Assembly (NCBI GenBank): GCA_035402825.1
Contig: DAONDZ010000005.1
Coordinates: 8,276 to 72,275, forward strand
Direction of reading: 5' to 3'
DNA length: 64,000 nt
From: a bacterium
GTDB taxonomy: Bacteria > Patescibacteriota > Patescibacteriia > Patescibacteriales > UBA12465
Below the pieces are notes generated by a model that was given only the letters and a program-made list of their open reading frames with translations, was not told the DNA's origin and ran no database searches. Positions 9,041-19,383 of this stretch are shown one piece after another. A program made the translations under genes and the position numbers. Each line of letters opens with the position of its first letter. The stretch's first letter is position 1.

Positions 9041-9575
9041 TGGGGTGGACTATATCATCGCCCATACAACATGGGCGCGAGGCGCTTCGAGCTATAACTT
9101 ATAGCCCTACTCCCTTTCGGGATAGTCTCTGAACCTTCCACACATAATCCTATGCGGGCTTGGCTGCTGATTACCATAATCTTTCGATCTTAGGCTTCCA
9201 GCAATTCACCTCGTTCTTCGATCTCAATTACTTGAGAAAGCTGCGTAATGCCTTCATGTACTTCGCGATGACAATTGGCACATAGGAGAACACATTTCTT
9301 TAGTTCTTCTGCTACGGACTTCCAGCTTCTGGTGTATCCTTTAGCAGAAATACCGAAATCTTTCTCCCCCGATTCAAGATGGTGAAACTCTAAAGCTTTT
9401 AGGCATCTATTGTAACCACAAATGATGCACTTTCCGCCTTTGTGTTCAACCGCCATCTGACGAATCTTTTTGCGTCTTTTGTCAACGGCCGCCTTCATAT
9501 ATTCGGCTCTATCGGCATATTTTCTCTTTTCTTTTCGCATATAAAATAGTTATAGCAAAATAAGAGAGTGCGTTC
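9019..9575 (-). ncRNA. Group I self-splicing intron (IA-like) at anticodon position 35/36
   Basis: 5' exon ends in U, intron ends in G; P AATTGCTGGAA, Q AATCAGCAG, R TCAGAGACTA, S ATGATATAGTCC; P3 CGAGGTG/CGCCTCG; IGS ATTACGCAG pairs with both exons; two hairpins between P7 and P3'. Confidence 0.92.
9190..9540 (-). CDS. Intron-encoded HNH endonuclease (putative homing endonuclease)
   Basis: CIICG...LEFHH...LLCANCHREVH zinc-finger HNH motif; ORF lies wholly inside the intron. Confidence 0.88.
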   Translation of the reverse strand: MRKEKRKYADRAEYMKAAVDKRRKKIRQMAVEHKGGKCIICGYNRCLKALEFHHLESGEKDFGISAKGYTRSWKSVAEELKKCVLLCANCHREVHEGITQLSQVIEIEERGELLEA

Positions 9576-9636
9576 ACAGTCAACTGCGCTACCGCTGCGC
9601 TACCCGGGAATATATTAAATTTTCAAAACATAAGCT

Positions 9637-9665
9637 ATAATATCGCAAAAAACCGCGGCTGTCAA
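9637..9665 (-). promoter_or_regulatory. Sigma70 promoter of tRNA-Asn
   Basis: TTGACA-17 bp-TATTAT about 28 nt upstream of the tRNA. Confidence 0.75.
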
Positions 9666-10940
9666 TTAGTAATCCCGCAGTTTCTCCAAGCCCTTCAGCT
9701 TTCTAATCTTCTCCAAAGCCTTGGCCTCAATCTGCCTAATTCTTTCTCTGGTCACCTCAAACTCCTGCCCCACCTCTTCCAAGGTATGAGCCACGCCGTC
9801 CACTAAACCAAAGCGCATTTCCAGAATCTTCTGTTCGCGCGGAGAAAGGTTAATAATAATTTCTTTGACGTAGTCTTTCAAAAGCTGCAAAGCGGCCGAT
9901 CTATCCGGAGTTTCATTCTTCACATCCTCAATGAAGTCTTCTAAGGTGGAATTATCTTCATCGTCGCCAATAGTGGTTTCTAGGGATATGGTATCTTGGG
10001 AAATCTTGATGATGTATCGCACCTTCTCTAGCTCTTCTCCCATTTCCGCGGCCACTTCTTCCGGCAACGGTTCGCGGCCTAATTCCTGAATCAAGAATCT
10101 CTGGACCTGCTGGAATTTGTTAATAGTCTCCACCATATGAACCGGGATGCGAATAGTGCGGGATTGATCGGCTAAAGCACGAGTAATGGCCTGGCGAATC
10201 CACCAGGTGGCATAGGTGGAGAATTTAAAACCCTTGCGGTGTTCAAACTTCTCCACGGCTCTAAATAGTCCGATATTGCCCTCTTGAATCAAATCTAATA
10301 GTCCCAATCCTTTGGCGCTGGCAAACTTCTTGGCAATGGATACCACCAAGCGCAAGTTGGCTTCAATAATCTTTCTCTCGGCTTCCTTGTCTCCCTTTTC
10401 TTTCCGTTTCGCCAATTCCACTTCTTCTTCGGAATTCAAAAGCGGAATCTTGCCGATTTCTTTTAAATACATCTGAATGGAATCAGCGCTTAGTTTGGTT
10501 AAATCCAAACCGAAAGTCGGAGTCTTAGTTTTGGAGGGCATATCAGTATTCTGTCCCAAAACGTTGCCGGAGTCTTCAATTATTCTGACACCCGCTTCCT
10601 GCAGCTTGCCCAAGAAAATATCATATTCAAAAACATATTCTTCCAATTCCGGAAATAAGTATAATAATTCGGTCTCAGTGACAAAACCCCGAGTCCGTCC
10701 TTTGTTGATGACATTCTGCATTTTCTCTTCGGTCGGTTTAATCACTTCCCGCGGTTCAATTTTAAAAACTTTTTTAACCTTCACGGCCTTCTCTTTTTTC
10801 GCTTCAATCTTTTTCTTTGGAACAACCTTAACCACAGCCTTAGCTTTGGCCTTTGTTTTAATCATGGGTTTTTTGGCCACAGCCTTTTTAGCCGGTTTCT
10901 TCTTGACCGTTATTTTTTTAGTATTTTTTTTAACTTTCAT
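9666..10940 (-). CDS. rpoD: RNA polymerase primary sigma factor, Lys-rich N-terminal tail
   Basis: [49 protein letters not shown]. Confidence 0.97.
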   Translation of the reverse strand: MKVKKNTKKITVKKKPAKKAVAKKPMIKTKAKAKAVVKVVPKKKIEAKKEKAVKVKKVFKIEPREVIKPTEEKMQNVINKGRTRGFVTETELLYLFPELEEYVFEYDIFLGKLQEAGVRIIEDSGNVLGQNTDMPSKTKTPTFGLDLTKLSADSIQMYLKEIGKIPLLNSEEEVELAKRKEKGDKEAERKIIEANLRLVVSIAKKFASAKGLGLLDLIQEGNIGLFRAVEKFEHRKGFKFSTYATWWIRQAITRALADQSRTIRIPVHMVETINKFQQVQRFLIQELGREPLPEEVAAEMGEELEKVRYIIKISQDTISLETTIGDDEDNSTLEDFIEDVKNETPDRSAALQLLKDYVKEIIINLSPREQKILEMRFGLVDGVAHTLEEVGQEFEVTRERIRQIEAKALEKIRKLKGLEKLRDY

Positions 10941-10942
10941 AT

Positions 10943-12736
10943 TTAGAGATTTAATTCTTTCATTTTAGCGGACAGCTCCTTCATCTCCTCCATCAACTTG
11001 ACGGTATCCAGATCATCCTGGGCTTCCTCCGAACGGCTCAAAAGAGCCTCTATTTGCCCCATCCTTTTCTTATAGCAATCATGCTTTAGTCCGACCACTA
11101 GTTTAATGATTTCTGACTTAATAGTCAAGGCATCGGATTCGGCAAAATCTTTGTCGGACAACAGGGACAAAGTGTCTAATAATGCTAACTGTTCTTCGCC
11201 TTGAGAGGCTAAAGCCTCTTTTAGGCCGGGATAGTCTAATCCCTGCTTAGTATTATAATAGATTATTAAAGCATTGTAAAACGCGCGTAAGGAGTCATTG
11301 GGTAAATGTTCCGGCAAAAGATTATTCACCGCGTAATCTAAAAATTGCGGCTCTTTAAGAATCAAAGATAAAAGTAGTTCCGCCATTTTTTCATCGCGGT
11401 TTTTTTCCAAAACCACTTCATATTCCGCGCTCACCACCGGCTTGTCCTCCTTAATATTTTTCCTTATATTAGCCAATTCTTCCCGAATCATTGTCTCTTC
11501 AGAATTAGTCTTGGCCGCCAATCTCTTCAACCAATGATCGGCTTCAATATTATTTTTCACCTTAGAAATCATGGTGAGCATCTTGGGAATGATTAATCGC
11601 TTCTGACTGACATCGCTCAAATCCACCCCGGCGGTAATCTTGTCAAAATAATATTCCAAAACCGGCTTAGCGGCTTCCACCGCTTGGCGCCACTCTTCCG
11701 GATTATGCCGCAGACATTCATCCGGGTCTTTGCCTTGAGGAATGATGATAATCTTCACATTCATTTCTTGAGCTAGAGCCTCCACAATTCCCCTGTCAGC
11801 AGCAATTTGCCCGGCGGCATCGGCATCAAAGGCTAGGGCTAGGTTGTTGGTATAGCGCTTCAAAAGCTTCACCTGCCCAAAGGTCAAAGCGGTGCCCGAT
11901 GAGGCCACGGTATTCTTGAAACCGCGGGATTGCGAAGTGATAGCATCCATTTGCCCTTCCACCACTATGGCTAAGTCCTGATCTTTGATTTCCCGTCGCG
12001 CTTTGTCCAGCCCGAAAAGCACCCGACTTTTGTCATAGACAGCGGTTTGCGGAGTGTTAATATATTTGCCCATCTTTTCCATTTCCGGATTGACAGTTTG
12101 CGGATTAACGCGCGCGGTGAAACCTACGGTCAAACCGGCAGCGTCATTAATCGGGAACATGATTCTATCCCGAAAACGGTTAAAGTATCTTCCCGCCCCT
12201 TCTTTCTTCTGAGACAAGCCGGAAAGAAAGATGTCTTCATCGCTATACCCTTTTTTCTTGAGATGATTAATTAAATCGTCAAAACTATTAGGACTATACC
12301 CCACCTGCCATTCCTTAACCGATTTCTCATCCAATCCCCTTCCCTTGAGATAGTTTTTGATATTGTTGTTGCCTAACATCTGGCGTTGATAGAACTCCTT
12401 GGCGGCGGATAAAACATCAATTAGCTTGTTGCGCTTAGAGCTGTCTTCCCAATCATTTTTTTGTAGTGTCACCCCGGCCTTGTGAGCTAATTGTTTGAGC
12501 GCCTCCACAAAATTCAGCCCCTCCATTTCCATGACAAAGCCGAAGATGTCGCCGCCTTTTTGGCAACCGAAACAATGCCAAATTTGTTTCTCCGGCGAAA
12601 CCATGAAAGACGGCGTCTTCTCATGATGGAACGGACACAAAGCCCGCAAGTTAGAACCAGCGGGCCGGAGGTTGATATATTCTCCCAGGACTTCGGTAAT
12701 ATCCAATTTTGATTTTATCTCTTCTAAGGGGTTCAT
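10943..12736 (-). CDS. dnaG: DNA primase
   Basis: CPFH..CFGC zinc finger, RIMFPI, KYINTP, toprim EGQMD and FDAD. Confidence 0.97.
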   Translation of the reverse strand: MNPLEEIKSKLDITEVLGEYINLRPAGSNLRALCPFHHEKTPSFMVSPEKQIWHCFGCQKGGDIFGFVMEMEGLNFVEALKQLAHKAGVTLQKNDWEDSSKRNKLIDVLSAAKEFYQRQMLGNNNIKNYLKGRGLDEKSVKEWQVGYSPNSFDDLINHLKKKGYSDEDIFLSGLSQKKEGAGRYFNRFRDRIMFPINDAAGLTVGFTARVNPQTVNPEMEKMGKYINTPQTAVYDKSRVLFGLDKARREIKDQDLAIVVEGQMDAITSQSRGFKNTVASSGTALTFGQVKLLKRYTNNLALAFDADAAGQIAADRGIVEALAQEMNVKIIIIPQGKDPDECLRHNPEEWRQAVEAAKPVLEYYFDKITAGVDLSDVSQKRLIIPKMLTMISKVKNNIEADHWLKRLAAKTNSEETMIREELANIRKNIKEDKPVVSAEYEVVLEKNRDEKMAELLLSLILKEPQFLDYAVNNLLPEHLPNDSLRAFYNALIIYYNTKQGLDYPGLKEALASQGEEQLALLDTLSLLSDKDFAESDALTIKSEIIKLVVGLKHDCYKKRMGQIEALLSRSEEAQDDLDTVKLMEEMKELSAKMKELNL

Positions 12737-13041
12737 AGGGTGAATAATAATAAAGACTTGAGGCGCTCCACCTCTTGCGACACTACTTCACTGTCATATT
12801 CCGCATTGTGCATATGAGAGCCTTCATAGCTAGCCTGTTTCTGATCCAGGTGAAGACTAAAGACCCAATTGTCGCCGCCCTCTTCCACGTATAAATGGAT
12901 TCGGGGATAGAAATTCTGTCCCAGACGGCGGACAAAACTTTGCACGCCGCGACGGCGGTCAAAAATCAAACCATAGCCGGCATGGCGCAACCAAGATTCC
13001 GGGTTTTCGCTTAATGAATTTTTCGGGATGGTAATTTTCAT
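12733..13041 (-). CDS. Hypothetical protein
   Basis: 102-aa ORF translationally coupled to both neighbours. Confidence 0.7.
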   Translation of the reverse strand: MKITIPKNSLSENPESWLRHAGYGLIFDRRRGVQSFVRRLGQNFYPRIHLYVEEGGDNWVFSLHLDQKQASYEGSHMHNAEYDSEVVSQEVERLKSLLLFTL

Positions 13042-13526
13042 AAACCAGGATTAACTTCCGCCTTATCTTTTTTTCTAAAAACGATAAATTTGTAAGCCAC
13101 AAAGCTTTCCAAGCCAATCAAGATACTCACTATTAACTGGGACCAAAGATAATGGACTTGCCAGCGATTAACAAAGATATGCATTAAGTAGCCGTTTAGG
13201 TTCAAGTTGATAAAAGCAATCACTATATAAATACAAATTTGACTCCAAACCCGATGCTGGTCTTGGTTATTAAAAGTCCAGAACTTCTGTAAATAAAAGC
13301 TGACCCAGAAAGACAGGATATAGGCAATGGAGGTGGAAACGATGACATTGATGTTAAGCAAGCCATGGCAGATGTACAGGACACCCAAATCTACTCCGCC
13401 AGCGATACCGCCGCTCATCACGAATTTCACTAAAGATTTATGCCGGTGCAGAATACTATAAATCCGAGGATAACGATGATACCCCCAAGCCTTAATCCGG
13501 CAGAAAAAGTGTAAAAATATCTTCAT
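13038..13526 (-). CDS. GtrA family membrane protein
   Basis: KF..SGGIAGGVDL, SFYLQKFWTF and four TM segments. Confidence 0.85.
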   Translation of the reverse strand: MKIFLHFFCRIKAWGYHRYPRIYSILHRHKSLVKFVMSGGIAGGVDLGVLYICHGLLNINVIVSTSIAYILSFWVSFYLQKFWTFNNQDQHRVWSQICIYIVIAFINLNLNGYLMHIFVNRWQVHYLWSQLIVSILIGLESFVAYKFIVFRKKDKAEVNPGL

Positions 13527-13535
13527 AATAATAAA

Positions 13536-14414
13536 TTACCATTTAAAATAGCGATAGGCAAATCGGGCCAACTTGGCCGTCTCGCTGAACCTATCCGCTT
13601 CGCTTTCCGCCCCTAAAACCACAGAAATAGTGGTATGCCCTGCACTATCGCTGAACTTAGCGGCCAGGCAATAGCCAGCGACATCGGTATGGCCGGTCTT
13701 GCCGCCGATAATCTGCATGCCGGTTTCCGAAAAGCTGTTTAACAAATAATTAGTGGAAGAAAACTTCTTTTTCTCGCCGCTGACGGTACTGAACTCTATC
13801 TCCGGACTAGCTACCGCTCGGGCGATTTCTAAATTATCTAAAGCCGCCTTAGTCAATTTGGCTACCTCCAAGGCATTGGACATATTCTTTTCTAAACCAA
13901 TAGGGTCAATGAAATTGGTTTGGCTTAATCCCAAATCCAAAGCTTTGCGGTTCATGGCTTTAACAAAATCCGCTCGGCTCAATCCGGTAGCTGAAGTTAA
14001 AGCCGCCGCGGCGGTATTGTCCGAGCCCACCAGCATCGCCGAGAATAAATCCCTGACTTTCACCTTTTCTCCTAAATACAATTTGCCGCCAGTCTCCAAA
14101 TCGGTGCTTTTGATTTCATAGACACTGTCCCAACCCGGATTATGTTCCAAAAATACTAAAGCCGTCATCAGCTTAGTGATGCTGGCGATGGCGTGCTGTT
14201 CATTAGCTCTTTGAGAAAAGATAGCGCTCTGACTTCTGATATCCCACACCACGGCCGCATCAGCATTGATAATCATCAGCGGCGCCTCAGCCGATAATTG
14301 CGGTTTCTGGTTATTAGCCTCTTTCTCAACAATTGCTTCTAAAGACGGCGGCGTGGAGGCAAAATTAATCCCAGATAAAAAGAGCATGACAATTTTCACG
14401 ATATATATGAACAT
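13536..14414 (-). CDS. D-alanyl-D-alanine carboxypeptidase (peptidase S11)
   Basis: SxxK (ASITKLMT), SDN and KTG motifs. Confidence 0.92.
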   Translation of the reverse strand: MFIYIVKIVMLFLSGINFASTPPSLEAIVEKEANNQKPQLSAEAPLMIINADAAVVWDIRSQSAIFSQRANEQHAIASITKLMTALVFLEHNPGWDSVYEIKSTDLETGGKLYLGEKVKVRDLFSAMLVGSDNTAAAALTSATGLSRADFVKAMNRKALDLGLSQTNFIDPIGLEKNMSNALEVAKLTKAALDNLEIARAVASPEIEFSTVSGEKKKFSSTNYLLNSFSETGMQIIGGKTGHTDVAGYCLAAKFSDSAGHTTISVVLGAESEADRFSETAKLARFAYRYFKW

Positions 14415-14417
14415 AGG

Positions 14418-14972
14418 TTAGATAGTTTCGGCAGCCGCCCTTTCAATTAATTGATCAATACTCTCATCTTGATGCAGTTTTTCGTAGTCCGGCAATTCTT
14501 CTACTCGATTAACCCCTAAATGGCGAATGAAGTCCAAGGAAACCTGATAATAGTTCTCCCCTTTCTCCTTGTCGGCTTCTTCCTCAATTAAGCCACGCAA
14601 TAATAGATTGCGTAAAATCAAAGCGCAATTGACGCCTCTAATCCGATCCAAGTCTATCTTGGCAATCGGACCGCGATAAGCAATGATAGTCAGAGTCTCC
14701 AAGCTAGGGCGAGACAATTCCCCGCTCATTTCAGCCTGTAAAAACTCGCGCACTACGCCAGCTGTTTCCGCCGAGGTCACCAATTGATATTTGTGGCCGC
14801 TTTTGATTAATTGCAAACCGCCAGATCGAGATTGATAATCTAAAATCATCTGTTCTAAAACAGTTTCAATTTCAGCCTCTTTAGCTTTTAATAAGTCGGC
14901 CAATTCTTTGACGGCCAAAGGTTTGTTAGCCACGAACAGGACGGCTTCCAGGGCGGCTGGGTAGTTTTTCAT
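14418..14972 (-). CDS. scpB: SMC segregation protein B
   Basis: ALEAVLF, LSRPSLETLTIIAY, IRGVN; start moved to ATG at 14972, just after the scpA stop. Confidence 0.92.
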   Translation of the reverse strand: MKNYPAALEAVLFVANKPLAVKELADLLKAKEAEIETVLEQMILDYQSRSGGLQLIKSGHKYQLVTSAETAGVVREFLQAEMSGELSRPSLETLTIIAYRGPIAKIDLDRIRGVNCALILRNLLLRGLIEEEADKEKGENYYQVSLDFIRHLGVNRVEELPDYEKLHQDESIDQLIERAAAETI

Positions 14973-14973
14973 A

Positions 14974-15693
14974 TTATAATTTATTAATAATAATCTCGCG
15001 GAATAAATCTTCTTGCTCAAATCTCAATTCCCGCTGTTTGGCTAATTCCAAGACTGCTAAAAAATTCACGATGATTTCCGTTTTAGATTGAGCGGCGGCG
15101 ATAATGTGGGAAAAATTGAAACGAATCTTTTCCAAGAGAGCCTGCTGGATATAAGCGATGCGCTCTTCAATACTAATCTTGTATTCCATCTTCTCTTCTT
15201 TCAGCTCTTCCTCCTCATTAGCAATCATGCCCAAGAGATATTGAAATTGCTCGCGGAGCTTCTCCTTGGTTAATCCTTTAGGCGGCGAAAAACTAGCTTC
15301 TAAAAACACCTTGCGCCGCTTGCCGCTTTTGCCATAGTCGCGCATGAACAGGAATTGTTTCTTGGCTAAGCGTTTCTCTATCACCCCGGCCGCCTCCAAA
15401 AACTCCTTGTACATCTTTAACTGCCTGGTTAAGTCCTCCACATCCTCATCCTCTTCCGGAGTGGCTAGATATGGCAACAAGGCTTTAGATTTGATATAGA
15501 GCAATTTGGCGGCCACCACCAAAAAATCAGCCACTTGCTCCGGATTGATGCTCTGGGCTGATTTAATATAGGCCACATACTCGTCGGCTATTTTAGCTAA
15601 AGATATTTCGGTAATATCAAGCTCCTCCTTCTCGATTAAAGAAAGCAGCAAATCCAGCGGACCGTTAAATTTTTCCGTTTGAAACTCCATCAT
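14974..15693 (-). CDS. scpA: SMC segregation protein A
   Basis: FNGPLDLLLSLI, FLAVLEL. Confidence 0.93.
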   Translation of the reverse strand: MMEFQTEKFNGPLDLLLSLIEKEELDITEISLAKIADEYVAYIKSAQSINPEQVADFLVVAAKLLYIKSKALLPYLATPEEDEDVEDLTRQLKMYKEFLEAAGVIEKRLAKKQFLFMRDYGKSGKRRKVFLEASFSPPKGLTKEKLREQFQYLLGMIANEEEELKEEKMEYKISIEERIAYIQQALLEKIRFNFSHIIAAAQSKTEIIVNFLAVLELAKQRELRFEQEDLFREIIINKL

Positions 15694-15695
15694 AA

Positions 15696-16613
15696 TTATT
15701 TCACTCCCGGTTTCACGTCAGCCCAGAGGTTGCCCTGAAAACAATAGTTTCCGGCGCTATGATAGCCCGATCCGGACATCGGATAGCTGGATTGATCGCC
15801 GTTGTTATTTCGGTTGTCAGTTCTAAATTGAGCGCAAAGCTCAAACTCCTTCTCGCCTTTTTTCTTATATTTAATCTCCGTTTTAGTTTCCGGATCGATT
15901 AATTGGCCCGGACTAATATTGAAGAACTTATCTGCCTGGAGTTCTGCCAAGTCATTAGGCAACCGCTTATTACGCTCGTAATAAGTATTGATGTAGCTTT
16001 CTAGATTATAGACATTATTAGTTAAAATCTGATCCAAGCGCTTATCCCGAGCCACCCGCGGCGAATCAACTAAGAAGAAGGCGCTGATGAAAGCAGCTAC
16101 CACGATAGCCAGGGAGGCGCAGAAATAAATTCGCACCACCAGCTTCAAAGCGCCGGCATCCTTGCGGCGAATTTCTTGAAAATAGAAAGAGAAAACTATC
16201 GCTCCCAAAATCAAGACAGAGATAATCTTCAAAGCGGAACGCCAAGTGGCTTCTCCGGATAGGAAATTATTCACTAGCGCGATCAAAGCGCCAATAGCCA
16301 CCAAGGAAGAAACTAAGAGAATAAAATAGGTCAACCAACGGCGCACTGGAGAATCCAGGCTTAATTCCTTCTTCTTGATTCCCCGTCTAATCAAACTAGA
16401 GATAACATAAAACAACGGCGCGGCAATCAGCAGAGCGGAAATAGCAAAACGCAAAGCCTCGCTAGACACAATGGATGAAGAAGCATTCAAAGCGTCCACC
16501 AGATACTTGTTAATCAACTGAAAAGAAACAATGCCCACGGAGACAGCCATGAAGATCAAAGCTAACAGCGAGAGCAAGTAATAAAAAGCATACTTGGCGT
16601 TGTGTTGATTCAT
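15696..16613 (-). CDS. DUF5671-like membrane protein
   Basis: Multiple TM helices, RRWLTYFIL, SPRVARDKRLD and a pilin-like C-terminal domain. Confidence 0.7.
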   Translation of the reverse strand: MNQHNAKYAFYYLLSLLALIFMAVSVGIVSFQLINKYLVDALNASSSIVSSEALRFAISALLIAAPLFYVISSLIRRGIKKKELSLDSPVRRWLTYFILLVSSLVAIGALIALVNNFLSGEATWRSALKIISVLILGAIVFSFYFQEIRRKDAGALKLVVRIYFCASLAIVVAAFISAFFLVDSPRVARDKRLDQILTNNVYNLESYINTYYERNKRLPNDLAELQADKFFNISPGQLIDPETKTEIKYKKKGEKEFELCAQFRTDNRNNNGDQSSYPMSGSGYHSAGNYCFQGNLWADVKPGVK

Positions 16614-16628
16614 ATTTTTAAATATTAA

Positions 16629-18014
16629 TTAAAACTCAGCGTTTTTAGGAGTCCGCGGAAAAGGAATCACATCGCGAATATTGGCCATACCGCTTAGATA
16701 CATCACTAAGCGTTCAAAGCCCAAACCGAAACCACCATGTTTGACGCCGCCATATTGGCGCAAGTCCAAATACCATTGATAGTCCTCGGGACAAAGGTTG
16801 AATTGTCTCATTCGAGCCTCTAGCTTCTCCAAGCGCTCTTCTCTTTGGCTGCCGCCGATAATTTCTCCCACCCCCGGCACCAAGAGATCCATAGCGGCCA
16901 CAGTTTGGCCGTCATCGTTTAAGCGCATATAGAAAGCTTTGATTTTCTCCGGATAGTCAGTCACAAAAACCGGTCCTTTAAAAACCTCATCGGTCAAATA
17001 ACGCTCATGTTCGGTTTGCAGATCAATTCCCCATTTCACCGGATAGCTAAACTTCTGGCCGGATTTCTCTAAAATACCTATCGCCTCAGTATAGGTCAAA
17101 CGCTTAAAATCAGCCTGAGCTAGTTTTTCCAAACGAGCGATTAAACCTTTTTCAATAAACTCATCAAAGAATTTCATTTCTTCCGGCAATTCTCGCAAAG
17201 CATAGTTAATCAGATATTTCATCATCTCTTCCGCTAAGTCCATGTCATCGTTTAAATCGGCAAAATAGATCTCCGGCTCCAACATCCAAAACTCAGCCGC
17301 ATGGCGCGTAGTGTTAGAGTTTTCGGCTCTAAAGGTCGGCCCAAAAGTATAGACCCGGTTAAAAGCCAAGGCCATGGCTTCGGCATTCAATTGGCCGCTG
17401 ACCGTTAGTCCAGCCTGGCGTCCGAAAAAATCCTGGCTATAGTCCACTCGACCCTCTTTGTTGAGCGGAGTGTTTAATAAATCCAAAGTAGTGACATTAA
17501 ACATCTCCCCGGCCCCTTCGCAATCAGAGGTAGTGATAATCGGCGTGTGGGCATAAACAAAACCTTTTTCTTGAAAAAATTTGTGGATAGCAAAACTCAA
17601 CCCAGACCGCAAGCGGAAGACCGCAGAAAAAGTATTAGTCCGGGAACGCAAATGAGCGATGGTCCGCAAGAATTCAAAAGAGTGGCGCTTCTTCTGCAAA
17701 GGATAGTCAGCTTGAGACAATGATTCAATAATTATTTCTTTAGCCTGCAATTCAAAATCCTGTTCAGCCTTCGGAGACTTAATCAATTTGCCTTTGACGG
17801 TTAAAGCCGAACCCAGGCCGGCTTTTTCCACTTCGGAAAAATTAGACAAAGCAGCTTCATAGACCACTTGCAGGGGCTTAAAAAAGGTACCATCATTTAA
17901 TTCAATAAAACCAAACTCTTTAGAAGAGCGACTATTTCTAATCCAGCCTTTAACCTCAATTTCTTGATCCAAAAAATCAGCTGTCTGTTTATATAAATCC
18001 TTGATGTAAGTCAT
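16629..18014 (-). CDS. asnS: Asparagine--tRNA ligase
   Basis: [35 protein letters not shown]. Confidence 0.96.
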   Translation of the reverse strand: MTYIKDLYKQTADFLDQEIEVKGWIRNSRSSKEFGFIELNDGTFFKPLQVVYEAALSNFSEVEKAGLGSALTVKGKLIKSPKAEQDFELQAKEIIIESLSQADYPLQKKRHSFEFLRTIAHLRSRTNTFSAVFRLRSGLSFAIHKFFQEKGFVYAHTPIITTSDCEGAGEMFNVTTLDLLNTPLNKEGRVDYSQDFFGRQAGLTVSGQLNAEAMALAFNRVYTFGPTFRAENSNTTRHAAEFWMLEPEIYFADLNDDMDLAEEMMKYLINYALRELPEEMKFFDEFIEKGLIARLEKLAQADFKRLTYTEAIGILEKSGQKFSYPVKWGIDLQTEHERYLTDEVFKGPVFVTDYPEKIKAFYMRLNDDGQTVAAMDLLVPGVGEIIGGSQREERLEKLEARMRQFNLCPEDYQWYLDLRQYGGVKHGGFGLGFERLVMYLSGMANIRDVIPFPRTPKNAEF

Positions 18015-18023
18015 ATAATTGAA

Positions 18024-19322
18024 TTATGGTCTTAAGCGCTTCACATCACGAGGCAAATAATTAGCCTCTTTGATATTAGACAAACCTAAAAGCTTCATCA
18101 CAATGCGAGCCGGACCAATACCTACGCCGCCGTGGCTGGGAATGCCGTAGCGGAAAAAATTCAGATAGTCAGACAGCTCTTCTAAGTTCATACCCTTGGC
18201 TTGAGCTTGTTTTTCTAAAATCTCAATGCGATGCTCTCTCTGGGCGCCGGTAGTGATTTCTAAACCGCGATAGAGCAAATCAAAACTCTTGGTTAACTCC
18301 GGATTATCTTCGCGCACCATGTGATAGAAAGGGCGGGCCGAAACCGGATAGTCAGTGACAAAAACAAAATCATGGCCGGTCTCAGCTTTTATAATTTCAG
18401 AAATTCCCCTCTCTTCTTCCGGGGTAAAATCATCGCTGGCTTCCGATTTAATTCCCTTGGCCGCTAATTTCTCTTTAGCCTGAGCAAGAGTAAGGCGCGG
18501 GAAAGGCTGAGTCGGGACAGTAATATCCAAAGCTAATTTTTCTTTGACCTGCTGAAATCCAGCCACTAACATACCCTCTTCTTGGTCCATAATCTCTTCG
18601 TGAGATGAGATGTTAGCTATTTCAAAATCCCAACCGGTGAACTCGGTGACATGGCGGTTAGTGAAAGATTTTTCGGCGCGATAGACAGTACCAACCATAA
18701 AAACTTTTTCTAAGCCGGCGGCCATGGCCATCTGTTTATAAAATTGGGGTGATTGGGCTAAATAAGCTTTGCGGTCAAAATATTTTACCTCAAAGACATC
18801 AGCGCCGGTTTCCGAAGCGGTATTCATTAAGGTCGGAGTATAGATCTGCAAAAAATTATGCTCATCAAAATAACGACGGCAGCCTTTTTCCAATTCGGTC
18901 CAAACCTTAAAAATCATTTGCTTTTCCGGCTGACGCAAATCTAAAAAGCGCCAATCCAGACGTAAGTCAATATCGGCTTCATTATCAATCTTATTCAAAA
19001 CCGGAATCGACAATTGCTCCAAAGCCAAAGATTCAATCTTTAACTCCGTGGCCAATAATTCAAAATCTTTTTTATCCTCTTCCCCCTTCTTGGCCGGTTT
19101 AGCCTGCAAGGTTCCGGTGACGGTGATATAGCTTTCTAGAGTCAAGGTTTCCGCTTGATTATAGACCGCTTCATGATCGGCCGCCATCACCACTTGCATC
19201 ACTCCGGACAAATCTCTCAAATCCACAAAAACCACCCCCTTATGAGCACGTTTGTTATACACAAAACCAGATAATACCACCTCTCCCTGGCCTTGGCTTT
19301 TAGCTTGGTTGATAGACATCAT
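18024..19322 (-). CDS. aspS: Aspartate--tRNA ligase, short archaeal/eukaryotic type
   Basis: 432 aa with no GAD insertion; AYLAQSPQFYKQM, YRAEKS, TGAQREH. Confidence 0.9.
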   Translation of the reverse strand: MMSINQAKSQGQGEVVLSGFVYNKRAHKGVVFVDLRDLSGVMQVVMAADHEAVYNQAETLTLESYITVTGTLQAKPAKKGEEDKKDFELLATELKIESLALEQLSIPVLNKIDNEADIDLRLDWRFLDLRQPEKQMIFKVWTELEKGCRRYFDEHNFLQIYTPTLMNTASETGADVFEVKYFDRKAYLAQSPQFYKQMAMAAGLEKVFMVGTVYRAEKSFTNRHVTEFTGWDFEIANISSHEEIMDQEEGMLVAGFQQVKEKLALDITVPTQPFPRLTLAQAKEKLAAKGIKSEASDDFTPEEERGISEIIKAETGHDFVFVTDYPVSARPFYHMVREDNPELTKSFDLLYRGLEITTGAQREHRIEILEKQAQAKGMNLEELSDYLNFFRYGIPSHGGVGIGPARIVMKLLGLSNIKEANYLPRDVKRLRP

Positions 19323-19352
19323 ATATTTAAAATTGTTGATAAATATACTTAA

Positions 19353-19381
19353 ATTATAGCTTAACTATTCCCTTTTATCAA
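19353..19381 (-). promoter_or_regulatory. Sigma70 promoter of aspS-asnS operon
   Basis: TTGATA-17 bp-TATAAT. Confidence 0.7.
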
Positions 19382-19383
19382 GC

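Larger units (their letters stand above)
8981..9609 (-). tRNA. tRNA-Asn(GUU), split by an intron; exons 9609-9576 and 9018-8981; CCA not encoded
   Basis: Joined exons: TCCCGGG TA GCGC AGCGGTA GCGC A GTTGA CT GT|T AA TCAAT TGGTC GTGGG TTCGAAT CCCAC CCCGGGA G give a full cloverleaf with G73. Confidence 0.93.

Noticed and set aside
8871-9065. 64-aa minus-strand ORF
   Set aside because: It is a translation of the intron 3' end, the tRNA exon and the integrase antisense strand
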